Translations under genes and position numbers: made by a program | Shown: positions 25,717 through 34,316 of the stretch, in pieces | Layout of the letters: the number at the start of each line of letters is the position of its first letter | How positions within the stretch are numbered: position 1 is the stretch's first letter | Notes under the pieces: model-generated | Database searches by the model: none | The model's input: only the letters and a program-made list of their open reading frames with translations | What the model was told of the DNA's origin: nothing | Origin: a virus | Taxonomy: Duplodnaviria > Heunggongvirae > Uroviricota > Caudoviricetes | Virus record (IMG/VR): IMGVR_UViG_3300046507_000639 | Location: 1-64,000 of that record | Strand: one strand, 5' to 3' | DNA: 64,000 bases

Positions 25717-25743
25717 TCTATACCATTCTCGAAAGAATGTAAA
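25717..25743 (-). promoter_or_regulatory. sigma70-type promoter (TTTACA-N15-TGgTATAGA, extended -10)
   Basis: tgtaaa on the + strand at 25738-25743. Confidence 0.45.
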
Positions 25744-25968
25744 CTAGAATTTGTTGTCGCCGACCAGATCTTTCGTGGTCGTCTTGAACTTGCTCTCGCA
25801 GGCGATGCACTGGAGGAAGACGATCTGGTTCTTGGCCTTACGCTCACGCACGTTCGGGTGAGGCATGCGGTGGTATATGATGAGGGTGTTCTCGCCTCGG
25901 TGGCACGAGGAGCACTCCCCGATCACAGAAATGATGTCGTCATTAGATATCTCAACGTGGAGCGGCAT
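25744..25968 (-). CDS. hypothetical zinc-finger protein
   Basis: CSSCH ... CIAC. Confidence 0.5.
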   Translation of the reverse strand: MPLHVEISNDDIISVIGECSSCHRGENTLIIYHRMPHPNVRERKAKNQIVFLQCIACESKFKTTTKDLVGDNKF

Positions 25969-26380
25969 CGGTCACCCAGAGGGCCTTGACGTGGTTCCGG
26001 TGCACCTTGCACCCCACGAAGGCGTTGTAGTAGTCGTCGCGGAGGAGGGCGTCGGCGAGTATCTGCTCGCGGGCCTCGAGGTAGGAGCTCTCACCGGGAG
26101 TCTTGCAGAGGTGTAGTATCTCACGGGTGAAGTTCTCCACGCCGAGTTCTGCCACGTCTCTCTTCAGCTCTTCAGATGAACCGTAGTAGTCCTGCCAGTC
26201 GGACGGGGCGAAGACTCTCTTCTTCTTGCCCTTGAGGGTCTTCGTCCTCTTGAACAGGAACTTCTTCTTGCCGATGTACTTTCGACCGGTCACGGAGTTC
26301 GTGATGAGGTAGACGTAGGCTTTATAAGCGCCTACGTCCTCTTCGCTGAAGGGATTGCCCTGATAAGTCCATTCGTTCAT
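25952..26380 (-). CDS. GIY-YIG homing endonuclease (free-standing)
   Basis: YVYLITNSVTGRKYIGKKK matches the GIY-YIG motif. Adjacent to the RNR gene. Confidence 0.75.
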   Translation of the reverse strand: MNEWTYQGNPFSEEDVGAYKAYVYLITNSVTGRKYIGKKKFLFKRTKTLKGKKKRVFAPSDWQDYYGSSEELKRDVAELGVENFTREILHLCKTPGESSYLEAREQILADALLRDDYYNAFVGCKVHRNHVKALWVTDAAPR

Positions 26381-26387
26381 GCGATAT

Positions 26388-26717
26388 TTATCGCACGGAG
26401 AAGCAGACCCTCGAGTGTCCCCTCGATATCATTCCGAGCTCCACTGCTGCAGCCCGAGACAGGTCGATGACCCGTCCTCGTATGAACGGTCCGCGGTCGT
26501 TTACCCGCACGTCCACGGACCTTCCTGTCTGTACGTCGCTCACCCGCAAGACGGTCCCGAACGGGAGCCTCCGGTGAGCAGCAGTCTTCTTCTTACTGCT
26601 CAGTTTCTCGCCGCTGGCCGTCCTCCCTCCGGAGTCGTACCAAGAAGCCGTCCCGCACTCAGCGTGGGCGGCTCCCGTGGCCACGGCGAGAACCATGGCC
26701 ACTATGAGTAGTCGCAT
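26388..26717 (-). CDS. RlpA-like double-psi beta-barrel protein with signal peptide
   Basis: Signal peptide [19 protein letters not shown], then [16 protein letters not shown], which matches the RlpA motif. Confidence 0.65.
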   Translation of the reverse strand: MRLLIVAMVLAVATGAAHAECGTASWYDSGGRTASGEKLSSKKKTAAHRRLPFGTVLRVSDVQTGRSVDVRVNDRGPFIRGRVIDLSRAAAVELGMISRGHSRVCFSVR

Positions 26718-26726
26718 TAACTCTCC

Positions 26727-28952
26727 TTAGAACAGCTCACATGCGCCGCCCGAGCATGCCGCTCCGGCGAGGGTGTCGGCGTCCACGAAGCGCTTGGCCG
26801 ACAGGTTGTTCACGAAGTCAACGTCCTTGAAGTTTTGCTGGATCTTCTCCCACCGATGGAGGAGCTGCACGTCCTTGAGGCAGTAGGAGGCCCGCTTGAT
26901 GTCGCCGTCAAAATAGTTGTCGGCGTATTTCTTGTAGCGGCGTATCCAGTCTGCCTGCACGTCGAGTCGCTCCTGTGACTGGATTTTAGGTGAGTGGGCG
27001 ACGTCGATGGCCCTCCAGAGGTTGGAGAACACCTTCAGTCCGTCCACGATGAGGCCCGAAGCGAACATCGAGCCCACTCCATACCTATCCAGAATCTCCT
27101 GCTCTGTCAACACCTCGGTGAAGGGAGCCTGTGCGAAGTCCTTGTCGCCGCTGTCCGCCAGGAAGGAGATGCCCGAGAACAGGAAGCGGTTCTCGAAGAT
27201 GTACGACTCGACCTCGTCCCACTGATCGGGACGGACCTGGACGGTGTTCGAGACGTTATGACGGATGCGCGGGTCGACGCAGAGGGACTCGTCGGTGCCC
27301 TCTTCGACCCAGACGCTCTGGACCAGTCGGACCTTCTCGAGCAGGGCGACGCCCGTGAGGTCCTTCTTGAAGATGGTGCCGGCCGGGGAGACTACCGGGA
27401 AGGAGATGACCCAGTCTGTACCGTTGGCCGACCAGACGGAGTCCTCGATCATGTACGGGTCGATCGCCTTGATGAGCTGGGCGACCTCCGACTCCTTGTT
27501 CATCTGGGCGTTGCGCAGGTACCTGCCGGAGTGCCCGCCGTGGATGCCCGACTCCGTCTCGAGGATGATCGACGCGGTGCCGGACGGCTTAACGCAGGTC
27601 GTGCGGGCCGCGGGGTTGATGCCCAGGAGATAGGCCATCTCCCTGTTGACGGCCTTGACGATCTGGGCGCCTCGGCGGAGGACCTCTTCGTCGAACAGGA
27701 CATCAGGGCTGTTCATCCAGCCGGTGACCGACACGCCGAGCAGGGCCTCACGCTCGAAGATGTTCTTCGTGGCCTCGGTCATGTACGGGAAGTGGGTGTA
27801 CCCCGCCTGGATCGTACCGAGGACGGCCGCGGCGACGCACGCTGCGTAGAAGTCATCGGCCGTCTTGACCTTGCCGCCGTTGATCTCCGAGAGGTTGCAG
27901 CCCTGGAAGCCTGACTGACCCGTCGAGAAGTCGAAGGGGTACATGCCGATCTCGAAGCACGGGTTGACCGCGAACTCGGTGGAGTCGAAGAACGCGAAGC
28001 CTGGCTCGCCGAACTGCTTGGTCCTCTCCATGATGTGGGCGAACTGCTCGGGCGTGACCTGGTCGCGTATGAGGACGACCGAGTTGTTCGATCGTGCGCG
28101 CTGCGGGTTCTCGGCGAACCAATTGCCCGTCTTGGCGTTCATCATTGACTCGTCGTCGAGGGAGAACAGGCAGATCGTGGCAGAGCGACGTACGCCGCCG
28201 GCGAGGACTGCGTCCGAGAGGTGCATGATGATGTCGTAGACGTGGATCGGCTCGAGCTTCTTGACGCCTCGCAGGATGAGACCCTGCAGCATGTGCTCGA
28301 CCTTGTCGAGTGCGCGGCGGAGAGGCTCTGGGCCGGGTGCCTTGAAGCCGCCCGAGATGAACGCGTTCTTGTCGCGGACCTTGGTGGTGTCGAAGTAGAC
28401 CCGGCGGCCCTCGAACTCAGGGTGGGTGCCTCCGCCTACGAAGAACGACGAGATGAGCACCAGGGCCGAGTCAGCCCACCCCTCGATGGAGTCCTCGATG
28501 ACGAAGAGCTTGGGCTGCTTCTTGCGCTCGGCGATGCCGGGGAGCTTGTCGACGTGGTGCTTCTGGACTGAGAAGCCGACGCCCGAGCCCGACAGAAGGG
28601 CCCAAAAAATTTCGCCGAAAGCGCGGACGCGATCGACGTAGGTAGAGGTGCAGTTGTAGAGCTTCATGTTGTTCTTGAGGATCTGTTCTCCCCCGAACTG
28701 GAGCGCTCTCTGGGCTCCGAGGACCTGCTTGGCCTTGTACGCGTCCTTCGCGATGTCGAAGTACGCTGCCAGCTCAGGTGAGTTCACGAGCTGCTTCGAG
28801 TACTTGACGGCGTGCATGGACATCACGCGGTCCACCGACTCTTCCCAGGTCTCGTACCGACCCTTCCCGTCGTCCCAACGCGAGTACGCGTCAAAGAACT
28901 TGGCCTCTGAGAGGAGGCGCGTCGTCGATACCTGGGAGTTACTTATCGTCAT
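26727..28952 (-). CDS. ribonucleotide reductase large (catalytic) subunit; class I NrdA-like or class II NrdJ
   Basis: 741 aa. NPCFEIG active-site segment. C-terminal redox pair CSGGACELF resembles the NrdA tail. Confidence 0.8.
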   Translation of the reverse strand: MTISNSQVSTTRLLSEAKFFDAYSRWDDGKGRYETWEESVDRVMSMHAVKYSKQLVNSPELAAYFDIAKDAYKAKQVLGAQRALQFGGEQILKNNMKLYNCTSTYVDRVRAFGEIFWALLSGSGVGFSVQKHHVDKLPGIAERKKQPKLFVIEDSIEGWADSALVLISSFFVGGGTHPEFEGRRVYFDTTKVRDKNAFISGGFKAPGPEPLRRALDKVEHMLQGLILRGVKKLEPIHVYDIIMHLSDAVLAGGVRRSATICLFSLDDESMMNAKTGNWFAENPQRARSNNSVVLIRDQVTPEQFAHIMERTKQFGEPGFAFFDSTEFAVNPCFEIGMYPFDFSTGQSGFQGCNLSEINGGKVKTADDFYAACVAAAVLGTIQAGYTHFPYMTEATKNIFEREALLGVSVTGWMNSPDVLFDEEVLRRGAQIVKAVNREMAYLLGINPAARTTCVKPSGTASIILETESGIHGGHSGRYLRNAQMNKESEVAQLIKAIDPYMIEDSVWSANGTDWVISFPVVSPAGTIFKKDLTGVALLEKVRLVQSVWVEEGTDESLCVDPRIRHNVSNTVQVRPDQWDEVESYIFENRFLFSGISFLADSGDKDFAQAPFTEVLTEQEILDRYGVGSMFASGLIVDGLKVFSNLWRAIDVAHSPKIQSQERLDVQADWIRRYKKYADNYFDGDIKRASYCLKDVQLLHRWEKIQQNFKDVDFVNNLSAKRFVDADTLAGAACSGGACELF

Positions 28953-29115
28953 TCTGGTTCGTTACCTTTTTCTTGATCGTTATCACGTCTTCGTCCAGCT
29001 CCCACAGGAGGAACTGGTCGTGACGGAGGTTCAGCTTCTCGAGGAAGCCTGGTGGGAAAACTATCGACGTCTGACCGTCGACTATCTCAACTTTCGTCAC
29101 GTACATTTTGCTCAT
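28939..29115 (-). CDS. small AbrB/SpoVT(MazE)-like protein (58 aa)
   Basis: IVFPPGFLEKLNLRHDQFLLWELDEDVITIKK. ATGA overlap with the primase stop. Confidence 0.4.
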   Translation of the reverse strand: MSKMYVTKVEIVDGQTSIVFPPGFLEKLNLRHDQFLLWELDEDVITIKKKVTNQNDDK

Positions 29116-30134
29116 ACTCTGCTCCAGTACTTCATCTTCAAGGAGGCCGTCAGGCCGGAGTAGCTGTTGGACGCGATAACGCGCTCCACCTCATCGGGAG
29201 TCATGCCTGACTTGACGGCGTCATTGATGTCCTTGTGCTTGAAATTTTCGGGCCAGACACAGACGCGCCAGCCGTCGAGGATGTATTTATTCACGTTGGC
29301 CACGATCTCGCGGTTGCGAGGCTCACAATCGAACACCACGGTGGTCAACTCTTTGTTCACGACCGAGTCGAGCCTGGCCTCGGAGCCGACCATCGCCAGA
29401 CAGTTGGGAAGGAAGAGCGAGTCGATAGGACCCTCGACCACGTAGGTCGGCTTCGTCAGGTCCCACCTGTTCATCCCGAAGATCTTGGGGTCGTCGGTGT
29501 CCTCGGTGCGAACAGTGACGTACCGGAGGGTCGAGTCGGGGTCGAGCGACCTCCCCTGGATGCCGAACACGGAGCCGTCTCGCCGCCGCAGGGTGAACAC
29601 GATCCTGGGCTCGTCCCTCTTGACCTTGAACTTGTCGGCCACGAGGGTCTCGTTGACCCACTTGAAGAACTCCTCCACGTAGTACACGTCGTCAAAGATG
29701 AAGTCGGGTATCTGTCGCCCTGTGACGTACCGCTTGGCGGGGTGCAGGTCCGACAGCTCCCGTATCGAGTGGGCGCCAGTGATCTTGAACTCTGTCTTCT
29801 CGACGGGAAGGGACTTGGCCGGCTCAGCTCGGCTGGTGGCCCGCATGGGTTCTCGCTTGAACTTCTCTACGCAGTACTCCCTATAGAGGGGCTGGTTCAG
29901 GTGCTCTAGCACCTTCCCGAAGGGAGGAGCTATCCCGCAGTTGAAGCACTTGTAGTGGAGGCGACCCTTGCTTTCAAATATCCAGCCACGAGTCTTGTAC
30001 TTCGACTTCTCCGAGTCCCCACAGAAGGGGCATCGAAAGTTTATCTTGTACGCGCCGTTGCTCTTGTCCTTCACCATTTCTAGTGACGAAGAGACGATGG
30101 CCGCGTACTTGAGGTCGACCCAAAGTTGTTCCAA
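29112..30134 (-). CDS. DNA primase (T4 gp61-like)
   Basis: N-terminal zinc ribbon CPFCGD...CFNCG, then a TOPRIM-like region. Confidence 0.7.
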   Translation of the reverse strand: MEQLWVDLKYAAIVSSSLEMVKDKSNGAYKINFRCPFCGDSEKSKYKTRGWIFESKGRLHYKCFNCGIAPPFGKVLEHLNQPLYREYCVEKFKREPMRATSRAEPAKSLPVEKTEFKITGAHSIRELSDLHPAKRYVTGRQIPDFIFDDVYYVEEFFKWVNETLVADKFKVKRDEPRIVFTLRRRDGSVFGIQGRSLDPDSTLRYVTVRTEDTDDPKIFGMNRWDLTKPTYVVEGPIDSLFLPNCLAMVGSEARLDSVVNKELTTVVFDCEPRNREIVANVNKYILDGWRVCVWPENFKHKDINDAVKSGMTPDEVERVIASNSYSGLTASLKMKYWSRV

Positions 30135-30331
30135 TGTATTTCCGGGAGTTTCTGACGGGTGAACGGCTCAGCCGTGAACACACTATGTCATTGAAGTGAT
30201 CGTGATTGACTCTATACTACTCGAGCCGATTAGTCAACCATTAACCACTTGTACTCAACAGCTCCATGAGCAAGCTCATGTCGAAGCAAGCTTCGTACTA
30301 CATGTGGTAATCTTATGGAGCAGCTAGAGCT

Positions 30332-30360
30332 ATTATACCAAAGTTGAGAAATGTTGTCAA
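30332..30360 (-). promoter_or_regulatory. consensus sigma70 promoter TTGACA-N17-TATAAT
   Basis: Perfect hexamers on the minus strand. Two palindromes follow in the leader (30240..30300). Confidence 0.6.
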
Positions 30361-30394
30361 CCCACAAAATGTGATCCTTACCGCCATTTAATGG

Positions 30395-30421
30395 TTTACT
30401 ATCTTCAAGAACTGGTATATC
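30395..30421 (+). promoter_or_regulatory. + strand promoter TTTACT-N15-TGgTATATC
   Basis: Divergent from the minus-strand promoters. Drives 30454..30699. Confidence 0.4.
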
Positions 30422-30453
30422 CTGGCTACGTCAAATAGGAAAGGAACCTGACG

Positions 30454-30699
30454 ATGACCAATATCAAACTTGCTTCTATCGATGTGGCACCCGCCTCAGA
30501 TGCGGAATTCCTGAAGTTCCTTGAGCAGCTCGGAAAGGATGGGTTCTATTACCGCATCGTCGCACTCGTCGGTCCTGGAGGCGGTAACCCGAACGTTAAG
30601 ATCCAGTACACCGACCGTGGCGCACTGGCAGCCTGGCTCCTCACCAACTATGATCCTGACATGACCGATGAAGACTTCGCACTGTACGCACCCGACTAA
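30454..30699 (+). CDS. hypothetical protein (rare + strand gene)
   Basis: SD GGAAAGGA sits 7 nt upstream of ATG. An intrinsic terminator follows immediately. Confidence 0.65.
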   Translation: MTNIKLASIDVAPASDAEFLKFLEQLGKDGFYYRIVALVGPGGGNPNVKIQYTDRGALAAWLLTNYDPDMTDEDFALYAPD

Positions 30700-30738
30700 A
30701 AAAGAAAAGCCCGGTCAACCGCCGGGCTTGTTTCTTCT
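30700..30738. terminator. bidirectional rho-independent terminator
   Basis: GCCCGG-TCAACC-GCCGGGC hairpin flanked by A-run and T-run. Confidence 0.6.
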
Positions 30739-30873
30739 CGTGAACTCGAGGAACCCTAACCGGTTCCTCTTTTTGTATCCGTCGGCGGTCGACTTGCTCA
30801 CCTTCAGCTTGTCGTCGGGGCCCTGAGAGCCTATGCCCGAGACGTTGGCGGTCACGTTTACTGGGACTGTCAT
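30715..30873 (-). CDS. small hypothetical protein (52 aa)
   Basis: ATGA overlap with the upstream stop. The 3' end lies inside the terminator hairpin. Confidence 0.3.
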   Translation of the reverse strand: MTVPVNVTANVSGIGSQGPDDKLKVSKSTADGYKKRNRLGFLEFTRRNKPGG

Positions 30874-31262
30874 ACTCGCTTCAGCACCTCCACCACGTCG
30901 TAGTTAACGGGCACGTCGGCCGAGGAGATCGTCAGGTTCTTGACGCTGACGTTGTACACCTTCGGCGGCATGTAGTTCAGGAACAGCAGGAACGCCTTGA
31001 GCTCGGGGTAGTAGCCGTCCATCTTCATGAACAGCATCCGCGTAGCGGGCACGGAGCCGAACAGGTTGTAGATCACTATTATGTGGTTCAGTATCAGCCG
31101 TTCCCGCAGGACTCCCGTCTCGCGGTACTTCTTGAACAGCTTCTTCAGGTACTTGAACCTCTTGAGGTCATCGAAGAACTCGATGTCGTCAAAGCAGTGC
31201 GGGTTGTCGTAGTGGCGCGCTGCGTACAGGATAAAGTTTGACTCATCGAGCTTCTCATACAT
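30870..31262 (-). CDS. hypothetical protein
   Basis: 130 aa ORF. Confidence 0.6.
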   Translation of the reverse strand: MYEKLDESNFILYAARHYDNPHCFDDIEFFDDLKRFKYLKKLFKKYRETGVLRERLILNHIIVIYNLFGSVPATRMLFMKMDGYYPELKAFLLFLNYMPPKVYNVSVKNLTISSADVPVNYDVVEVLKRV

Positions 31263-31537
31263 TATTTGAGCCGGGCGTCCATTCGTTCTTCGAGACGATT
31301 TATCGTTATCGTCAGGCTCACCAGCTGGTCATTGAGGTTGCCCACTTTGTCCGCCATCTTGGAGGTCTGCTCAGACACTGTCTTGTAATCGTCTTCTATC
31401 TTTTCGATCCTGTAGGCCCACCCGTTCACGGTTGAGAACACGCCAAAGATGACGCTCGCGAGCGTCACCAGTGACAGGATGAACCCGAGGCGCTTCGTAC
31501 TCAGTACGAGGCCTGTCTCTTCAGTGTCTTCAGGCAC
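31262..31537 (-). CDS. hypothetical membrane protein
   Basis: N-terminal TM segment plus coiled coil. Confidence 0.55.
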   Translation of the reverse strand: MPEDTEETGLVLSTKRLGFILSLVTLASVIFGVFSTVNGWAYRIEKIEDDYKTVSEQTSKMADKVGNLNDQLVSLTITINRLEERMDARLK

Positions 31538-31545
31538 TATTCACC

Positions 31546-32100
31546 TCACGCGTCAGGGAGGATGGTGTCGTCAGCGGTGCCGGTAGAGTTTGCCACGTTG
31601 GCGGTCGAGGTGTTCGCGAAGTCGGTTGCGTCGGTGTTGGCCGAGCTGAAAGACACGAGGGTCTCCCAGTGGACGCGACCGATGCGGCCGCCCATCACCG
31701 GGACGAGGTTGGCAGTGCTGCCCGTGCTCGTGGTGATGGCGAGGGTGCCGTTGGCCGTGAAGCCTGCGCCCTGGTTCGTGATGACGACCGAGGTGATGAC
31801 TCCGTTGCCGTTGGTGACGACGTTAGCGAGAGCGTTGGTGGTTCCACCCGAGACGACGATGGTGTCGGCGTTCGCGTAGGCGGTTCCGCCCGAGCTGATG
31901 GTGATCGACCGCACGAAGCCGGTGCCGACCCTGCGCTTGACCCAGCCTGAAGCCGCGATCGCGTGGTTCACGCTGGTCTCGATGTTGTCGGCCAGGAAAA
32001 CGTTGTTGCCGTAGTCCTGCTGTCCGGTGTGGCCGGTGGGCGCTGCGGTGACGAACTTCGGCGCGTCTGAATACTGGTCTCTGTTACCCCAAAGAGGCAT
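31546..32100 (-). CDS. Gly/Thr/Asn-rich repeat protein (structural or fibre-like)
   Basis: Degenerate repeats NG.G.ITSVVITNQGAGFTANG. Confidence 0.45.
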   Translation of the reverse strand: MPLWGNRDQYSDAPKFVTAAPTGHTGQQDYGNNVFLADNIETSVNHAIAASGWVKRRVGTGFVRSITISSGGTAYANADTIVVSGGTTNALANVVTNGNGVITSVVITNQGAGFTANGTLAITTSTGSTANLVPVMGGRIGRVHWETLVSFSSANTDATDFANTSTANVANSTGTADDTILPDA

Positions 32101-32158
32101 CGGTGTTCTCCCGTTATTGGTGTTTTCTTGCTTTATTTATAAAACGGGGATCCAGCCT

Positions 32159-32839
32159 TCACTTGACTCGCTTGACGGCCTTCTTCAAGACCTCGCGGGC
32201 GTGACGACGCTTCAGGGACTGCACTGTCTTGATGGACTCCTCGGCGGTGTAGACCGCGCGGACCTTCTCGGCTATCTCGTCGGCGTAACCAGCGAGTGAG
32301 TCAGGCAGGCCCCAGAGGACCCGGTCGGCGTCCTCCGATATGCACGCCTCGCGCACCATAGAGGCAGAGACGCCGTCGATGGAGTCAGAGTCTGCGCGTC
32401 GTGCGCCCGCGTCCACCACGGACCAGGACTCAAAGCCGAACTCCGACTCGTTGTACTTCTCGAACATGTCAGAGAACTCTTCGACGCGGTCTCCGCCGAC
32501 GACCATCACGACCCTCGGGTAGTCACGCGCGAGCGACTTGAGGGACTCGACGACCGTGCGGGAGTCCGACGGGACGATGACGTCACCGAATGCCTCGGTC
32601 GCGTAGAAGACCTTGTCCTCGTACGAGAGCGGGTTGCGCTTGCTGTTGGAAGAGTGGGAGAGGTGGATGACGTGGTCGCCCTCGATGGAGAGCACCGTCT
32701 CGACCAGCTTCTCGTGACCCTTGGTGGGAGGGTTCATCCTCGCCCAAGAGAAGACCACGGTCTCAGCGAGACGGGGCTTCAAGTCGATCGGCGTAGTCTT
32801 GTTTCCGGTCTTGGTTCGTTTTTGCGTAGTTCTGGTCAA
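32159..32839 (-). CDS. HxGH-motif nucleotidyltransferase (cytidylyl/adenylyltransferase superfamily)
   Basis: VVFSWARMNPPTKGHEKL resembles the (T/H)xGH signature. Confidence 0.45.
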   Translation of the reverse strand: MTRTTQKRTKTGNKTTPIDLKPRLAETVVFSWARMNPPTKGHEKLVETVLSIEGDHVIHLSHSSNSKRNPLSYEDKVFYATEAFGDVIVPSDSRTVVESLKSLARDYPRVVMVVGGDRVEEFSDMFEKYNESEFGFESWSVVDAGARRADSDSIDGVSASMVREACISEDADRVLWGLPDSLAGYADEIAEKVRAVYTAEESIKTVQSLKRRHAREVLKKAVKRVK

Positions 32840-33020
32840 TGCTGTGGACTTTCTGTTGTAGCCCAGCCACTGTAGACTCGAGCGTGCTTATCTGAGCGTC
32901 AAGCGTGCTGATGTCCCTCAGGAGATCGGTGTTGTTGGCCTCAGTGACTCCCGATAGCTCTAGGAGCAGCGCCATCGAGATTAACGACACACCGCAAAGA
33001 GCCCACAGTAGCTTGATCAT
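32763..33020 (-). CDS. hypothetical membrane/coiled-coil protein
   Basis: 85 aa with an N-terminal TM segment. Confidence 0.4.
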   Translation of the reverse strand: MIKLLWALCGVSLISMALLLELSGVTEANNTDLLRDISTLDAQISTLESTVAGLQQKVHSIDQNYAKTNQDRKQDYADRLEAPSR

Positions 33021-33037
33021 ATTCGCTCCGTTTTTTA

Positions 33038-34027
33038 TTATTTATTCAGTGACCAGCCTCGACGGTAGAGCGACCCGAAGTTGGCTGCGGAGAACTTGGC
33101 CCGGTTCACGAGCTTGCACGAGAAATCGCCGTCCCAGTAGACCAGCCCCTCGTGAGAGGTGTCGACTTCTGTCCCGTCTTCCTTCATGAAAGTGGTCTTC
33201 TCGTACCACGACTGCTCCGCCTCTAGGACCTGGCGGAGGAGCATGTTCTTCATCGATGAGACCCTTGAGTACGCTATCGAGACCTCGTCGTCGGCCGGGA
33301 AGGGGGTGCCCCTGCGGACGCACCCGTTCATGCTCTTCGTCGTGTGGGCTGTCTCGTACGAGGAAGGCGGCCGAATGCGGGTCATCATCGGCGACGCCGC
33401 CGGCAGCGGCCTCACGAGCTCGTTGCGCATCACGAAGACGTCGTGCGGCCAGTGGACCGAGAACTTGTCGCACCGCTTCAAGTCCAGAAACTCGTCGACC
33501 GCGTAGTAGCTGTGCGGGACTATCCCGACTCGACACCTTGAGACTTCTCTCGCGGCGTCACTCGATCCCCGGTAGTGGTACCGGATGACGTTCGGGTGGA
33601 ACGTGTAGTAGGACCTCGTCCGGCCTTTCTGGTGAGACCCGTCGTACAGAGTCGTCCACGTCACCTCTTCCTGCGAGCTGAACAGTAGCTCGCACTGGAC
33701 CGCAGTGCCGGTGCGAAGTCTGACGCCGACTGCCAGGACGGCCTTCATCTTCACGCGCAGGTCTTCGCGCGGGCACCGCAGGTCGATGTCCTCCTCGCAC
33801 CGGTAGACGATCGGCTTCTTGTTGAAGATTCCCTTGCTCGCGACGAACCGGTGCCCGTCCACGTCTGTGCCGAAGAAGACTGCCGGCGCGCCGTCGTACT
33901 TCATCGAGAAGCGAGGGGCGCAGTCGACTCCCGAGGTGAGGTCTCGGAGGACCTGCTCGGCCTTCAAGAAACCTACCTCCCCCTCTAGGAGGATCAGGTC
34001 TTCTAGGTGAGGTAGGTGGTCAGGCAC
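33038..34027 (-). CDS. ATP-dependent polynucleotide ligase (KYDG motif; DNA-ligase-like, RNA ligase not excluded)
   Basis: Motif I SMKYDGAPAVFF. Motif IV EGLVYWDG. Motif V KLVNRAKF. 329 aa. Confidence 0.6.
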   Translation of the reverse strand: MPDHLPHLEDLILLEGEVGFLKAEQVLRDLTSGVDCAPRFSMKYDGAPAVFFGTDVDGHRFVASKGIFNKKPIVYRCEEDIDLRCPREDLRVKMKAVLAVGVRLRTGTAVQCELLFSSQEEVTWTTLYDGSHQKGRTRSYYTFHPNVIRYHYRGSSDAAREVSRCRVGIVPHSYYAVDEFLDLKRCDKFSVHWPHDVFVMRNELVRPLPAASPMMTRIRPPSSYETAHTTKSMNGCVRRGTPFPADDEVSIAYSRVSSMKNMLLRQVLEAEQSWYEKTTFMKEDGTEVDTSHEGLVYWDGDFSCKLVNRAKFSAANFGSLYRRGWSLNK

Positions 34028-34316
34028 CGGCGGACTCCCTCGCTACCTCGTCGAACTTCGGACCGCCGACCAGGTAGCCCGGCGTCGCGGACATTAGGTT
34101 CGGATGAGTAATGTCGATGCAGACGTGAGGGAAGACGAGCGAGCCGTCTTCAACCGGTATCTCCATCATGTCAGTCTCTTGAGTGAGTCCTAACACAATC
34201 GCCAGTTCCCAGCACCTCGATGCCGAGACAGACGTTATGTCGTCCTCGTAGAGGCCGCAGAACAGGAAGCGGTTTCCGTCCTCGTCGACGAACACTGGGT
34301 ATCTGATCTTAGACAT
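34020..34316 (-). CDS. hypothetical protein
   Basis: 98 aa ORF. Confidence 0.5.
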   Translation of the reverse strand: MSKIRYPVFVDEDGNRFLFCGLYEDDITSVSASRCWELAIVLGLTQETDMMEIPVEDGSLVFPHVCIDITHPNLMSATPGYLVGGPKFDEVARESAGA

